A DNA stretch of 63,962 bases, filler included, from Sanchytrium tribonematis (lineage: Eukaryota), in assembly GCA_018985235.1 (NCBI GenBank). It is 6 parts of 6 records of this genome, joined end to end, with 100 filler letters (N's around TTAATTAATTAA, not from the genome) between each part and the next. Parts side by side here need not be neighbours in the genome. Positions count along the whole stretch, not along the records: positions 21,526 to 32,139 come from JADGIG010000288.1; positions 32,240 to 42,842 come from JADGIG010000289.1; 4 more parts are not named here. The stretch is one strand, 5' to 3'. The notes beneath the pieces are model-generated. The model made no database searches, was not told where the DNA came from, and worked only from the letters and a program-made list of their open reading frames with translations. Shown here in pieces: positions 22,594 to 32,657 of this stretch. Positions within the stretch are counted from its first letter, which is position 1. Each line of letters begins with the position of its first letter. A program made the position numbers and the translations under genes.

Positions 22594-22812
22594 ATGCACA
22601 ATCCAGAGCATTTCAATCTTTCTGAGGTTATTGAATATCAAATAAGAAAGAAAAGAAATAGAACTCTATCTTCCAATGTAAATCGTATTTATCGATGCGA
22701 TTACAATTTTTGTCAAAAAGCCTATAGTCAAGTGTCTCATCTAAACACGCATCGTAGAAGTAAGGATCATGGTCCGAGAGTCTACAAGAAAGATTTTTGC
22801 CTCAACTTATAA
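22594..22812 (+). CDS. Minimal Con7-like C2H2 zinc-finger protein (72 aa)
   Basis: RKKRNR..VNRIYRCDYNFCQKAYSQVSHLNTHRRSKDHG. Confidence 0.7.
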   Translation: MHNPEHFNLSEVIEYQIRKKRNRTLSSNVNRIYRCDYNFCQKAYSQVSHLNTHRRSKDHGPRVYKKDFCLNL

Positions 22813-22971
22813 ATAAATTTAAGATATCTATTACCATAGTATGTATCAAAAAGTCAACTTGAGCATTGAGAATATACTAAGACATACCAACTTGCACACC
22901 CAGGAGAAATCGAAGGACGGCGGCTTGTAGCTCCTGGTCCACCACATTTTAAAAACATGGATTTTCGCCTC

Positions 22972-22978
22972 TTGAAAC
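22972..22978 (+). promoter_or_regulatory. TTGAAAC start-proximal motif (representative of nine exact copies)
   Basis: Directly abuts ATG 22979; other copies are listed in findings. Confidence 0.55.
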
Positions 22979-24317
22979 ATGTCGTCACCGAACAAACTAC
23001 AACCCGACCTAACTACTTTAGAAGAGCAAGAACTTTATGCAGAACTTATTCAAATATATAATCAACTTAAACATGATAGTGCAAATATTGACCATTTATT
23101 AAATCAGTTTTACTCGCTATATACAAAATTTACGGAATTGCCCAAGGGCGATCTGTCAAACAGTCGTTTATTACTGCAGGTCAATTCTTTGGATAAATTA
23201 TTTGATACTTGTCAGTCACTTATATTAGATATTTTAAGTGTCCAAGATAAAATAAGTAGTGAACTTTTGCCAGTTTTTAATCATTTACTGGCGATGGAAC
23301 AAAAACTAGAGTATTTTATCTGCAGTTCTAGTTTCTTGTTGGAAGAAATCGAGCAAATCCAGAAACGGCTTCACAAAATCGAAGAAAAACATGTCGTAAA
23401 TGGTTGCTTTATGATATCAAATATTGACGATGGCCAAATTAAGAAAGGGCAAGCTTTACTAATGGGAAAATTAAATAGGTGCTACCAACTCGCACACAAA
23501 GCTTTACTTATTACTGAAAATATAAGTGAAAATTTAATGCCGATTTATGAAGAATTAGTTGAAATTCACAAAAGTCTTAAAAGTGATATATCCCCGGGAC
23601 TTCTACTAAAGCTCAAAAACAGATTGAATACAATTGATTCTAGAAGGGTCAATGGGATATTTTTGCATCAAGGTGAAATTAGTCAAGGCCAAGCTATTTT
23701 GACTAATTTATTGGAGGAGTGCTACGATATCATGTACGAAAAAGAATCTACCGAGCTTCAAGATCTAGATGAAAGCTCTAAAATTGCAACATCACTGTTG
23801 CCAATATATAATGAGTTGAGAGAACTCCTTGGGAAGTTAAACAATATTTTGAAAAATGAGAGGTGGTTGATACGCCCTAGTGACATGATTCCTTATCAGT
23901 CTCAATTAGTTAATATCGAGAACAGGGGCATAAATCACGTCTTCTATGGACCGGAAAGTACTACTGAGATTCCGAAAGGACAAGCTGTCTTGCATCATCT
24001 TTTACACAAATGTCATTTAATCATTTATAAACTTATTACAGATCTGGACCCAATTATGGATCCTGAATTACAACATGTGCACTCGCAATTATTGGCTGTT
24101 CGCAAATGTCTCTTGGAGATGAAAAAGTTTTCAGATTACACGTAATTTTGACTTATTTAGAATGAACGACTTAAATCCTATTCTTTTGAAATTGCAAATG
24201 TTTGATCAGTACAAGGTTGTAGCTAAAGATGTCAATGAAATGCAGGGCAATGTTATTATTAATCATTTATTGAAGCAATGTTATCAATTGGTTAAAGAAC
24301 TCCGTTTTAAGCAATAA
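22979..24317 (+). CDS. Cub1/DUF2408-like protein (exons 22979-24141, 24161-24317)
   Basis: Repeated GQA(L/I/V)L..(K/L)L..C(Y/H) helical modules; splicing completes a fourth repeat (QGNVIINHLLKQCYQLV). Confidence 0.75.
24142..24160 (+). other. 19-nt spliceosomal intron
   Basis: GTAATTTTGACTTATTTAG; removal skips TAA and opens a 52-codon exon. Confidence 0.88.
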
Positions 24318-24627
24318 AATCAAATATGATCGAATATACGACAGCGATAATACTTTATGATATGACTGCTAGAATCAATTATTTTTTGGCAGGTGTCAGC
24401 ATCATGATATTTTAAATGTAATCCACGAATTTTGTGTTGGATTTATAAATCAATACACAATAATCGAGTCAGGCTTGCAAATTATTTCGTCTCAATTTAT
24501 GATCCTCAGATTTATAAATCGGCTCATGTGACGTACCCGTATTGCGGATTGCTCCATAGAAAAGTCTCGATATTTTACATTTAGTATATATGGCGTATAT
24601 GACAACATTAGCAGTCTTATTAGAACA

Positions 24628-24972
24628 ATGGCGCTGGATCTATTATATTCTCCCGATTCATTCGATATTGAATCTGTATTGGCTTATCAGGATAAAGCTT
24701 TCGGAAACTCGCCATGTAATTCGATCTATAAAAACACGTATCCACCAAGTCATAGTGACTCATCCACCAGTCATTCATTCATGACTAATTCACTTAAAAG
24801 AAGACGCCGTAGAGCGGACCAGGTGAACCGTGTTTATACTTGCGGTCACATTCTTGGACCAGGTATAACTTGTACTAAGAGCTACGAGAAAATCAGTCAT
24901 TTGAACACACACCGCACTAAGAAAAATCATGGTGAAAAGGTTGGTAAAAATGACTTTCTAATTGAATATTAA
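24628..24972 (+). CDS. Con7-like C2H2 zinc-finger protein (114 aa), paralog of 22594
   Basis: KRRRRRADQVNRVYTC...CTKSYEKISHLNTHRTKKNHG. Confidence 0.72.
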   Translation: MALDLLYSPDSFDIESVLAYQDKAFGNSPCNSIYKNTYPPSHSDSSTSHSFMTNSLKRRRRRADQVNRVYTCGHILGPGITCTKSYEKISHLNTHRTKKNHGEKVGKNDFLIEY

Positions 24973-25018
24973 TTTAAATAAATACCAGTTGATTTTTCGA
25001 AATTATTTTTTGATACCA

Positions 25019-26323
25019 ATGACTTTCATATTTAATTTCCCTGTACTGGCTCTTAATGGGTACTTTCTTCATTTGACAGATATTCACATTGACCAGCACT
25101 ATTTACCCAACGCAACTGTCTCAAGTAATTGTCACACCTTCCCTGAACCTGGTTCAAATGAGATAAGAGCTGGAGTTTGGGGACAGGAAAATTCATCGTG
25201 TGATACGCCAAGCCATCTTGTTGAATATATCTTTGATAGTATTAGAAGGCAATACATCAATCAAGAAAAACATCAACCAGATTTCATTGTTATTACAGGA
25301 GATCAAGCTAGACATTCCTCCACAATTATTCCCAGAATGGGTGCTGAAGTTCGTCTACTGAATGAAATCATTACAAACCATCTAAAATTGCATGTTCCCT
25401 ATGAAATCCCGATTGTTCCTGTTGTTGGAAATAATGATGTCCATCCTCACAATGTCGTTTTACCAAATGGAAAAAGTCTAAAAAGACTTTCCAAAATATG
25501 GCGAGAATTTATTCCACGAAAGCAAATCCCGACATTTGTCAGACTCGGCAGTTATTACAAGATTGTTGCAAAGGAAAAGCATCACAAACTGGTTGTATTT
25601 AGTATTAATACTTTATTTTTCTTCCAAAAGAATGATCAAATAAGTGGATGTCACAATGGATCACCAGGATCAATGCTATTACAATGGTTAGATAAAAATT
25701 TAGCGAAATTCAAAGATTATAAAATTATGATCGCCGGGCATATTCCACCTGAACATAAATCCAATTTCGATGATTGCTTACAAACATTCACGGAAATAAT
25801 GGAAAAATATAAAAGCAGTATTGTTGGTGGCATTTATGGCCATGTGAATATGGATAACTTTTTCTTTTTGAGCGATAAACACCCCAATGTAGCTCCTGGA
25901 TTTTATGGAGATGAATTTGAAAAATATTTTGATATTTTAAGGGACTCATATGAACAAGCTGTAAAATACACCAACCTCTCATTTGTCAGCTTGGTGAGTC
26001 CTGCTATACAACCAACTTCATTTCCGAGTTTTAGGCTTTTTGAATATGCAGTTTCAAAGCCAGATGATGGTACGAACAAACAATTGACAATTGACTCCAC
26101 AAACTTTGGCTCGCTATTAAACTACAAGCAATTTTATATCAACCTAACCAGAGTTAATCAGGGTGTAGAAGGAGATTTTGTTGAATTAGAGTATGCTACT
26201 AACAAGGAATTAGAAATGGAAGATTTGAGTATTGGCAGCTGGCAAAAGTTTGCGAAACGTATATTAGAGAGCGAAGCTATTGCAAATATGTTTAAAAAGT
26301 TTATGTTTGTAAGCTCGAAGTAA
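25019..26323 (+). CDS. PPN1: Endopolyphosphatase Ppn1-like metallophosphoesterase
   Basis: FLHLTDIHID, CDTP, TGDQARH, GNNDVHPHN, GHIPP, YGHVNMDNF, PSFRLFEY. Confidence 0.85.
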   Translation: MTFIFNFPVLALNGYFLHLTDIHIDQHYLPNATVSSNCHTFPEPGSNEIRAGVWGQENSSCDTPSHLVEYIFDSIRRQYINQEKHQPDFIVITGDQARHSSTIIPRMGAEVRLLNEIITNHLKLHVPYEIPIVPVVGNNDVHPHNVVLPNGKSLKRLSKIWREFIPRKQIPTFVRLGSYYKIVAKEKHHKLVVFSINTLFFFQKNDQISGCHNGSPGSMLLQWLDKNLAKFKDYKIMIAGHIPPEHKSNFDDCLQTFTEIMEKYKSSIVGGIYGHVNMDNFFFLSDKHPNVAPGFYGDEFEKYFDILRDSYEQAVKYTNLSFVSLVSPAIQPTSFPSFRLFEYAVSKPDDGTNKQLTIDSTNFGSLLNYKQFYINLTRVNQGVEGDFVELEYATNKELEMEDLSIGSWQKFAKRILESEAIANMFKKFMFVSSK

Positions 26324-26324
26324 A

Positions 26325-27284
26325 TTATCTTCTTTTATTTTTGTGAATTTTCCTTTGGCTCTGATTGACTTCACGTTTGGGCTGCACGCTGGGTCTGTTC
26401 ATAAATAAAAATTTGTCATCATAATTCTCGTCCAGAAAAAAGTCTTCTCTGCTTGTGATCTTTTGGTTAGCTTTTTCGTAATTGCTTTTCTGCTTTATAT
26501 AGATTGGATCATCTGCACTCCGAGCTATGTAATTTTTATAAGTTTCCAAAAAGGTTTTTGAGTGTGGGTGAGCTCTGTGGTTTTTGGTATTACCTGTAAT
26601 CTTAAAAGCTGGACCAGAGCCTATCGGATGAATGCTGCCTTTATTATTCCACCTCCAATCGTCTCTCAAATGAACTTTTAGTTCTCCATTATTTTCTTCT
26701 GTCACAGTAACTCTAGTCAATGTGGGATGCCCACAGTTCTCGCAAAATTGCTTATCTGAATCTTTTTCAAGCTTAAAGCAGCTGTAGCATCGAAGCATGG
26801 TCTTTTTAATACGAGTTATACCCATCCCACTAGTATGTTGCACTTTAACATCAAGAATTTTTAAAATATTTTGCATTGCAAAGTCATTGGTTATACATTC
26901 TACAGTAATCGGTTTAATATTAACTCTTTTTCTAGCCAATTCCTCTGGAGAGAAACTGCTTTTTTCTTCTTCTGTTAACCTCTCGACAAGTGTTCGTTGT
27001 GCTTTGCGAGAATATTTCTCGGTAAATTCTAGAGCTAAAGCACATAAAGTCCAATCTTGTTGACTTATAGTACTCCAGTCTCCACTTTCTTTCGCTAATT
27101 CTTTCACTTTAGTCAAATAGGTTGAAGATGGTACGTGGAGCTGTAAATTTATTTCCACGTCTTTCGTTTTCCATTCTGCTAACACCTCTGGTGTTGTGAT
27201 GAGATTTTCGGCCATTGATTCTAAATACTTTCCTAATTTTATTAAGGCATTTGTGTCGACAATGAGATAATTTGTTGTGACCAT
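26325..27284 (-). CDS. NOB1: 20S pre-rRNA D-site endonuclease Nob1
   Basis: PIN domain (VDTNALIK, TNDFAMQNIL) plus zinc ribbon (LRCYSCF, FCENCGHPTLTRV). Confidence 0.92.
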   Translation of the reverse strand: MVTTNYLIVDTNALIKLGKYLESMAENLITTPEVLAEWKTKDVEINLQLHVPSSTYLTKVKELAKESGDWSTISQQDWTLCALALEFTEKYSRKAQRTLVERLTEEEKSSFSPEELARKRVNIKPITVECITNDFAMQNILKILDVKVQHTSGMGITRIKKTMLRCYSCFKLEKDSDKQFCENCGHPTLTRVTVTEENNGELKVHLRDDWRWNNKGSIHPIGSGPAFKITGNTKNHRAHPHSKTFLETYKNYIARSADDPIYIKQKSNYEKANQKITSREDFFLDENYDDKFLFMNRPSVQPKREVNQSQRKIHKNKRR

Positions 27285-27352
27285 CAAAGACAAGTTTCAC
27301 GGAAATCTCCTGGACTCTTTTCTATTAATTTAACCTCAAATTGTGATTGTAT

Positions 27353-27802
27353 TTATTGAATGAATTTTGAGACTTTAAGACCTGTGGTAATGGCTAAACC
27401 AAACAAACCAATTATTGCCAATGCTGAGATACCAGCACCAATGCTTCTTCCCTTTGGACCCGAGCTTCTATATCCCATTGCGTAAAATTGGCGACCAACA
27501 ATTCCAGTAATACCTAAACCTGTTGCAATTGTGGGATAAGCAATCCCTCCAATAATCATGAATGTTAAAAACATTGGCAATGCCTCTAAGTAATTTAAAT
27601 GAGCTCTTTGAGTACAAGCAAACTTAAACCACTGTTCGTCAGTGAGTTTTTTCGAATACCTCCCATCACCCATATCAGGATAGGTTAAGCCGTATGCTTT
27701 TCTCAATTGCCCAATTTGAAACCCTTGAAGGTAACAATGAAATCCCATTGCAGTCGCAGTGAGAAGGACATATCCATGTTCAGGTGTAAAAATAATATTC
27801 AT
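27353..27802 (-). CDS. MAPEG family microsomal glutathione S-transferase (MGST3-like), copy 1
   Basis: YPDMG.GRYS, FACTQRAHLNYLE, GRQFYAMGY. Confidence 0.88.
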   Translation of the reverse strand: MNIIFTPEHGYVLLTATAMGFHCYLQGFQIGQLRKAYGLTYPDMGDGRYSKKLTDEQWFKFACTQRAHLNYLEALPMFLTFMIIGGIAYPTIATGLGITGIVGRQFYAMGYRSSGPKGRSIGAGISALAIIGLFGLAITTGLKVSKFIQ

Positions 27803-27977
27803 CAAATTAGAGGCGGCACCTCCCTTTAAGTATTAATTTGAATTCTCCTAGAATGTTCCATATCAAATCGTTCACACTCTTCAAGCAAGGGGAAATTTAT
27901 ATCACATAATTAGCGAGAATCTTGTCAAGTAATTTTATTGGAAGGTTCAATAAGCAGTAGTAAATCGATTTTATTGA

Positions 27978-28427
27978 TCAAAAAGCTTTAGCAATTTTTA
28001 AAGCCGATACGATTGACGTTACAAATAGACCCAACATACTTGCACTAGAAACGTATCCTCCCAATTTTCGTCCTTGAGGACCTTTCTTTCTATATCCACT
28101 CACATAAAGTTGTCGACCTACAAAAACAGACAACCCTAAACCTGTCGCAATTTCGGGGTACTTAATTCCTCCGACTAACAACCAAACCAATGTCATTGGG
28201 ATTTGTTCCAAATAATTGTGGTGCGCTCTCTGGTAACAGTTGAATTTGACCCATTGTTCATCTGTCAACTTGTCACTGTATCTTCCACTTCCTACATCAG
28301 GATAGTTTAATCCGAATTCACGTCTCAATTTTGAGATATAAAATCCTTGAGAGTAGCAATGAAAAGCTAATGTCGATGCTGTTGCGACGCAATAACCGTA
28401 AGCAGGTGCAAATAAAAAGTCACTCAT
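27978..28427 (-). CDS. MAPEG family microsomal glutathione S-transferase (MGST3-like), copy 2
   Basis: YPDVGSGRYS, FNCYQRAHHNYLE, GRQLYVSGY; tandem paralog. Confidence 0.88.
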   Translation of the reverse strand: MSDFLFAPAYGYCVATASTLAFHCYSQGFYISKLRREFGLNYPDVGSGRYSDKLTDEQWVKFNCYQRAHHNYLEQIPMTLVWLLVGGIKYPEIATGLGLSVFVGRQLYVSGYRKKGPQGRKLGGYVSSASMLGLFVTSIVSALKIAKAF

Positions 28428-28487
28428 GTTTGAAAAAATTTTACAGAATGGGAAATTGAAAATCATTGAGCTCATAACATGTAAAAT

Positions 28488-28817
28488 TTATTGGTTGGGG
28501 TTCGATAAATATTGATTGTATAACGATATCAATTCGTGATTGACTGAAAACAGATATACCAGTTTTGTTGAGATATCCTTGTACTCTTCAATCAAATCAG
28601 CCAACTCCTGAAGCTGGGATGGATCAACTGGACTTGTATCAATTACTACATCTTGGATCTGGAATACCTCTTCAATATTTTCGTCTGTCAGATCTATTTC
28701 ATTGTCTGTAATATGTTGGAATGGTTCTAGTATCTTTTCATGCTTGCTATAAAATTGAAGTAGCTCTGGAATTATAGGATCATTAATAATTTGCTCCAAA
28801 GTACCACATCTGTCCAT
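28488..28817 (-). CDS. Small acidic hypothetical protein
   Basis: About 109-aa ORF from first ATG; helical C-terminus. Confidence 0.5.
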   Translation of the reverse strand: MDRCGTLEQIINDPIIPELLQFYSKHEKILEPFQHITDNEIDLTDENIEEVFQIQDVVIDTSPVDPSQLQELADLIEEYKDISTKLVYLFSVNHELISLYNQYLSNPNQ

Positions 28818-29014
28818 TATTATGTATTCCAAATGTTTTAAAAGGAGATATAATATTGTAGTATTCCGCTTTTCTTTAATCGTGTAACTTTCAAAATAAT
28901 GGATGTAATTAATAATTTTATATTATATGCATGTGTTTGGTTCTCTATATATTAATTCCGATATGTCCGATTTACTCTAGATTTAAATCAACTTTTGCAA
29001 AACTCAAACAACAA

Positions 29015-29779
29015 ATGGAGCAAGCGACTTTATCACCAAAGCACCAAGAAACCTCTACTATTTTAGGACACACGCACTACTCTCATCGCACTCAAATGCT
29101 TCGGGCATTATTGCTAGGAGCCAATGATGGTTTAGTAAGCGTTGCAGCATTACTAATGGGGATCACCTCTGGAAGCACCAATTCTGACATTTTTGGTTTA
29201 GCCGGTGTTAGTGCGATCGTAGCTGGGTCGCTATCAATGGCCTGTGGGGAATACATAAGCGTTGCTTCTCAAAGAGACTCAGAAAGAGCGGATATTCAGA
29301 AAGAAATTGAAGAACAAAACAAAGGACCCGAAGCTCAAGCTAGAGAATTAGAGCAATTAACTGCGATATATATTGGAAGAGGTTTATCTAGAGATCTAGC
29401 TAAACAGGTCGCCCAACAACTTACTGAGAAGGATGTTATTAAAGCACATGCTAGGGATGAGCATGGTATTGATTTGGATGAATTGGACGGTTGGGGAAGT
29501 GGTTTAGCCAATCCTATACAGGCTGCAATTACTAGTGCGATTGCTTTCATTGTAGGAGGCATTGTGCCATTGTTATGTGCCTTATGGGTTCCTTCAAATA
29601 TTGGTAAAATAATAGTCATTTCAATTGTTACTTGTATTACTCTGATAATATTTGGAATTATTGGGGCAAACCTAGGTGGAAGCTCTCTATTCAAAGGCGC
29701 ATTTAGGAATTTTGTTGGCGGTGTTCTGGCCTTAGGCGTCAGTTTTGGCGTGGGTCAAATTTTTCATGTTCAGATCTAG
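29015..29779 (+). CDS. VIT1/CCC1 family Fe/Mn transporter
   Basis: LRALLLGANDGLVS, SMACGEYISVASQRDSE, NPIQAAITSAIAF. Confidence 0.92.
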   Translation: MEQATLSPKHQETSTILGHTHYSHRTQMLRALLLGANDGLVSVAALLMGITSGSTNSDIFGLAGVSAIVAGSLSMACGEYISVASQRDSERADIQKEIEEQNKGPEAQARELEQLTAIYIGRGLSRDLAKQVAQQLTEKDVIKAHARDEHGIDLDELDGWGSGLANPIQAAITSAIAFIVGGIVPLLCALWVPSNIGKIIVISIVTCITLIIFGIIGANLGGSSLFKGAFRNFVGGVLALGVSFGVGQIFHVQI

Positions 29780-29789
29780 TAAAATTTAT

Positions 29790-30503
29790 TTATCTTAATG
29801 CTCTGTAAACAAAATTGATAATAGCGATACCTGTAAGAAACACGAGCCAGAATGTATAATTATTAGACTCAGACTCTTCGCCTGTTTTCTCACCATCTTT
29901 CGAGGCTTCACCTTTGACCTCCTCCTTTGACTCTTCAATAGGTTTCTTAACATCAAGTGCGCCGCTATCAGAAATTTTCACTGTTTTACTTGGAGTGGAT
30001 CCAGAAACCGCAACATTTTCAATCTTGGTAACAATATCCATTCCTTCTAAAATCTTCCCAAAAACTACATGTTTACCATCAAGCCATTGAGTTTTAACTG
30101 TAGTGATAAAGAACTGACTGCCGTTAGTATCCTTTCCGGAGTTTGCCATGCTCAAATAGCCAGGTCCTTCGTGCTTAATTTCAAAATTTTCATCAGGAAA
30201 CTTGTTGCCATAAATAGATTTGCCACCAGTACCATCACCTCTTGTGAAATCTCCACCCTGAATCATAAATTGTTTGATAACTCGATGAAAAATACTTCCT
30301 TTATATCCCGCTTCTTTCCCATCAATTTTTGTACCCTTACACAATTCTAAGAAATTCTTGGCAGTTTTTGGGACAACATTTCCAAACAGCCCGATTACAA
30401 TTCGGCCAAGCGATTCTTGCCCGTGCTTTATGTCAAAGTAGACCTTGTCAGTGACGACAGGCTCGACCGCTATAATGGCGCTTAACAAAAAAAATAATTG
30501 CAT
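29790..30503 (-). CDS. Secretory-pathway cyclophilin (PPIase B-like) with C-terminal TM anchor
   Basis: Signal peptide; [42 protein letters not shown]; hydrophobic C-terminus. Confidence 0.92.
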   Translation of the reverse strand: MQLFFLLSAIIAVEPVVTDKVYFDIKHGQESLGRIVIGLFGNVVPKTAKNFLELCKGTKIDGKEAGYKGSIFHRVIKQFMIQGGDFTRGDGTGGKSIYGNKFPDENFEIKHEGPGYLSMANSGKDTNGSQFFITTVKTQWLDGKHVVFGKILEGMDIVTKIENVAVSGSTPSKTVKISDSGALDVKKPIEESKEEVKGEASKDGEKTGEESESNNYTFWLVFLTGIAIINFVYRALR

Positions 30504-30532
30504 TTCAAAATCCCCTTTTTATAAAATATACA
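30504..30532. promoter_or_regulatory. 29-nt divergent intergenic region between cyclophilin and HIS6
   Basis: Both start codons are supported by expected N-termini; contains TATAAAA and, on the minus strand, TTTTGAA next to ATG. Confidence 0.6.
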
Positions 30533-31291
30533 ATGACAAAATTTCGCCCATGTATCGACTTACACGAAGGAAAAGTGAAGCAAATTGTTGGCTCGACTTT
30601 GAGTGAAAATAAGGCTCAGACTAATTTTATTTCAGAAAAATCACCTTCGTTTTATGCCAAATTATACAAAACTTACAATTTAAAAGGTGGACACATCATA
30701 ATGTTAGGTCCTAAAAATGAAGATGCATGTGCAAACGCATTGAAAATATATCCTATGCAAGTCGGTGGTGGCATCAATATTATTAATTGTGAAAAATGGC
30801 TCAAGTTGGGAGCCACTAAAATAATCGTAACTTCCTGTCTATTTGAGGGTGCAAAGTTTTCCGAAAGTAAATTGAAAGACATAAGTGAATTGATAGGTAT
30901 TGACAAGCTCGTCGTGGATCTAAGTTGCAAATATGTACAAGATAATTTTCACGTTTGCACAAATAAATGGCAAACCACAACTGATTTGATAATTTCTCGA
31001 GATTCTATAAAAAGAATTGAAAGCTATTGCAGTGAGTTATTGATTCATGCAATCGATGTTGAAGGTAAGCAATCTGGAATTGACGAGAAATTGCTTTCAG
31101 TTCTTACTGATTTTTGCGAAAAACCATGTACATACGCTGGAGGAGCTAAATCTATAAAAGATCTGGATTTTGTAAACAACTTGACAAAAGGAAGGGTTGA
31201 TGTTACTATTGGGAGTGCATTGGATATATTTGGAGGGAACATTCCTGTCGAAGATTGCGTAAAATGGAATGCAAAAAATTCAGGTTTATAA
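30533..31291 (+). CDS. HIS6: ProFAR isomerase (eukaryotic His6 type)
   Basis: MTKFRPCIDLHEGKVKQIVG, QVGGGI, LIHAIDVEG, TYAGGA, TIGSALDIFGG. Confidence 0.95.
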   Translation: MTKFRPCIDLHEGKVKQIVGSTLSENKAQTNFISEKSPSFYAKLYKTYNLKGGHIIMLGPKNEDACANALKIYPMQVGGGINIINCEKWLKLGATKIIVTSCLFEGAKFSESKLKDISELIGIDKLVVDLSCKYVQDNFHVCTNKWQTTTDLIISRDSIKRIESYCSELLIHAIDVEGKQSGIDEKLLSVLTDFCEKPCTYAGGAKSIKDLDFVNNLTKGRVDVTIGSALDIFGGNIPVEDCVKWNAKNSGL

Positions 31292-31298
31292 ATCTTTA

Positions 31299-32093
31299 CT
31301 ACAATTCCTCCATTTTTTCGTCCTTAGCTTTCTTGGAATCTTTCTTATCTTGTTTCTTATCGGCTTTTGCATCAGATGCTTTCTCTTCTTTTTTATCGGC
31401 TTTCTTGTCCTCTTTCTTGTCTGCCTTTTTGTCGACTTTTTTATCTTCTTTTCTTTTGTCATTGGAAAAGTAATTCTTTCCTTCATCCAATTTAACCATT
31501 TTTTCTCCTTCTCGGAATGGCTCAATTTTTATTTCTCCGCTATCTTTAATTTTAACTTCCTTGATAGGAGCATCTTTGTGGTCGGTTTTTGTCTTCTCAA
31601 TTTTTCGAACAATATCCATACCTTCCAATACTTTACCAAAAACAACATGCTTACCATTTAACCAAGGTGTTGCTACAGTTGTAATAAAAAATTGACTCCC
31701 ATTGGTATCTTTGCCAGCATTTGCCATGCTCAAGTATCCTGCCTCTTTGTGAGTCAGTTTAAAGTTTTCATCCTTAAATTTTTCACCGTAGATGGATTTA
31801 CCACCAGTACCGTCACCTTTAGTAAAGTCCCCACCTTGAAGCATAAAGTCAGCAATTACTCTATGAAATTTGCTACCTTTATAGCCAACTCCTTTCTCGC
31901 CATCGATTTCGGTGCCGTAAGCCAAGTCTACAAAATTCTTAACAGTCTTTGGCACTGTTTTACCGTACAAGCCAATTAAAATTCGACCCATTGCCTTTTT
32001 ATCTTGGTCGATGTCAAAGTATACCAAGTGTGTTATTAATGGTCCTTTTCCTTTTCCTGCCAATACTAGAAGTGCAAAAATAACAAATATCAT
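31299..32093 (-). CDS. Secretory-pathway cyclophilin (PPIase B-like) with charged repeat tail ending MEEL
   Basis: Signal peptide; [42 protein letters not shown]. Confidence 0.92.
   Translation of the reverse strand: MIFVIFALLVLAGKGKGPLITHLVYFDIDQDKKAMGRILIGLYGKTVPKTVKNFVDLAYGTEIDGEKGVGYKGSKFHRVIADFMLQGGDFTKGDGTGGKSIYGEKFKDENFKLTHKEAGYLSMANAGKDTNGSQFFITTVATPWLNGKHVVFGKVLEGMDIVRKIEKTKTDHKDAPIKEVKIKDSGEIKIEPFREGEKMVKLDEGKNYFSNDKRKEDKKVDKKADKKEDKKADKKEEKASDAKADKKQDKKDSKKAKDEKMEEL
31302..31460 (-). repeat. Coding imperfect 12-nt tandem repeat (DKKx)n
   Basis: [44 protein letters not shown]. Confidence 0.8.
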
Positions 32094-32139
32094 GTTTCAA
32101 AAAAATATTAGAATTTTCCAGATTCGTGACGAAATTTCA

Positions 32140-32239
32140 NNNNNNNNNNNNNNNNNNNNNNNNNNNNNNNNNNNNNNNNNNNNTTAATTAATTAANNNNN
32201 NNNNNNNNNNNNNNNNNNNNNNNNNNNNNNNNNNNNNNN
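32140..32239. other. Artificial contig linker
   Basis: N44-TTAATTAATTAA-N44. Confidence 0.97.
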
Positions 32240-32657
32240 TAAAAGTTTTACTGAAGACATTTGGCCTACGATTTGGAGAGAGAGAAAATTATAGGCCAGG
32301 TCAATTGACCTTTTCTCCTTAATTTTTTGATTTTTACCTTAAATGCCCACAAATTCTACATTATTGCAAAATAAATGGCTCGCAAATCTTAAGTACTATA
32401 TATCATAACTATCATTAATCATAACTCAATGACTTCAATATGAAGGACTCAAAGCAGAATGCAGGCACTCCTTGATACAGAAATACTAGTTTTGCAAGGC
32501 TGTTCGGTAATTTTACTTGTTTGCTTTTCGGTAAGCATTTTTATTTTGCTTCATTTGATCAATTTAAAGATGTAAGAGCGTTTACCATAGTAATTGAGTA
32601 GACAATGAATTGAAGGGATTTTTTAATTATTTGAGCCATGTAATTGAAACTCAATCA

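Noticed and set aside
31255..31661. Overlapping hydrophobic plus-strand ORFs
   Set aside because: Antisense shadows of the Lys/Asp repeat tail of the cyclophilin.
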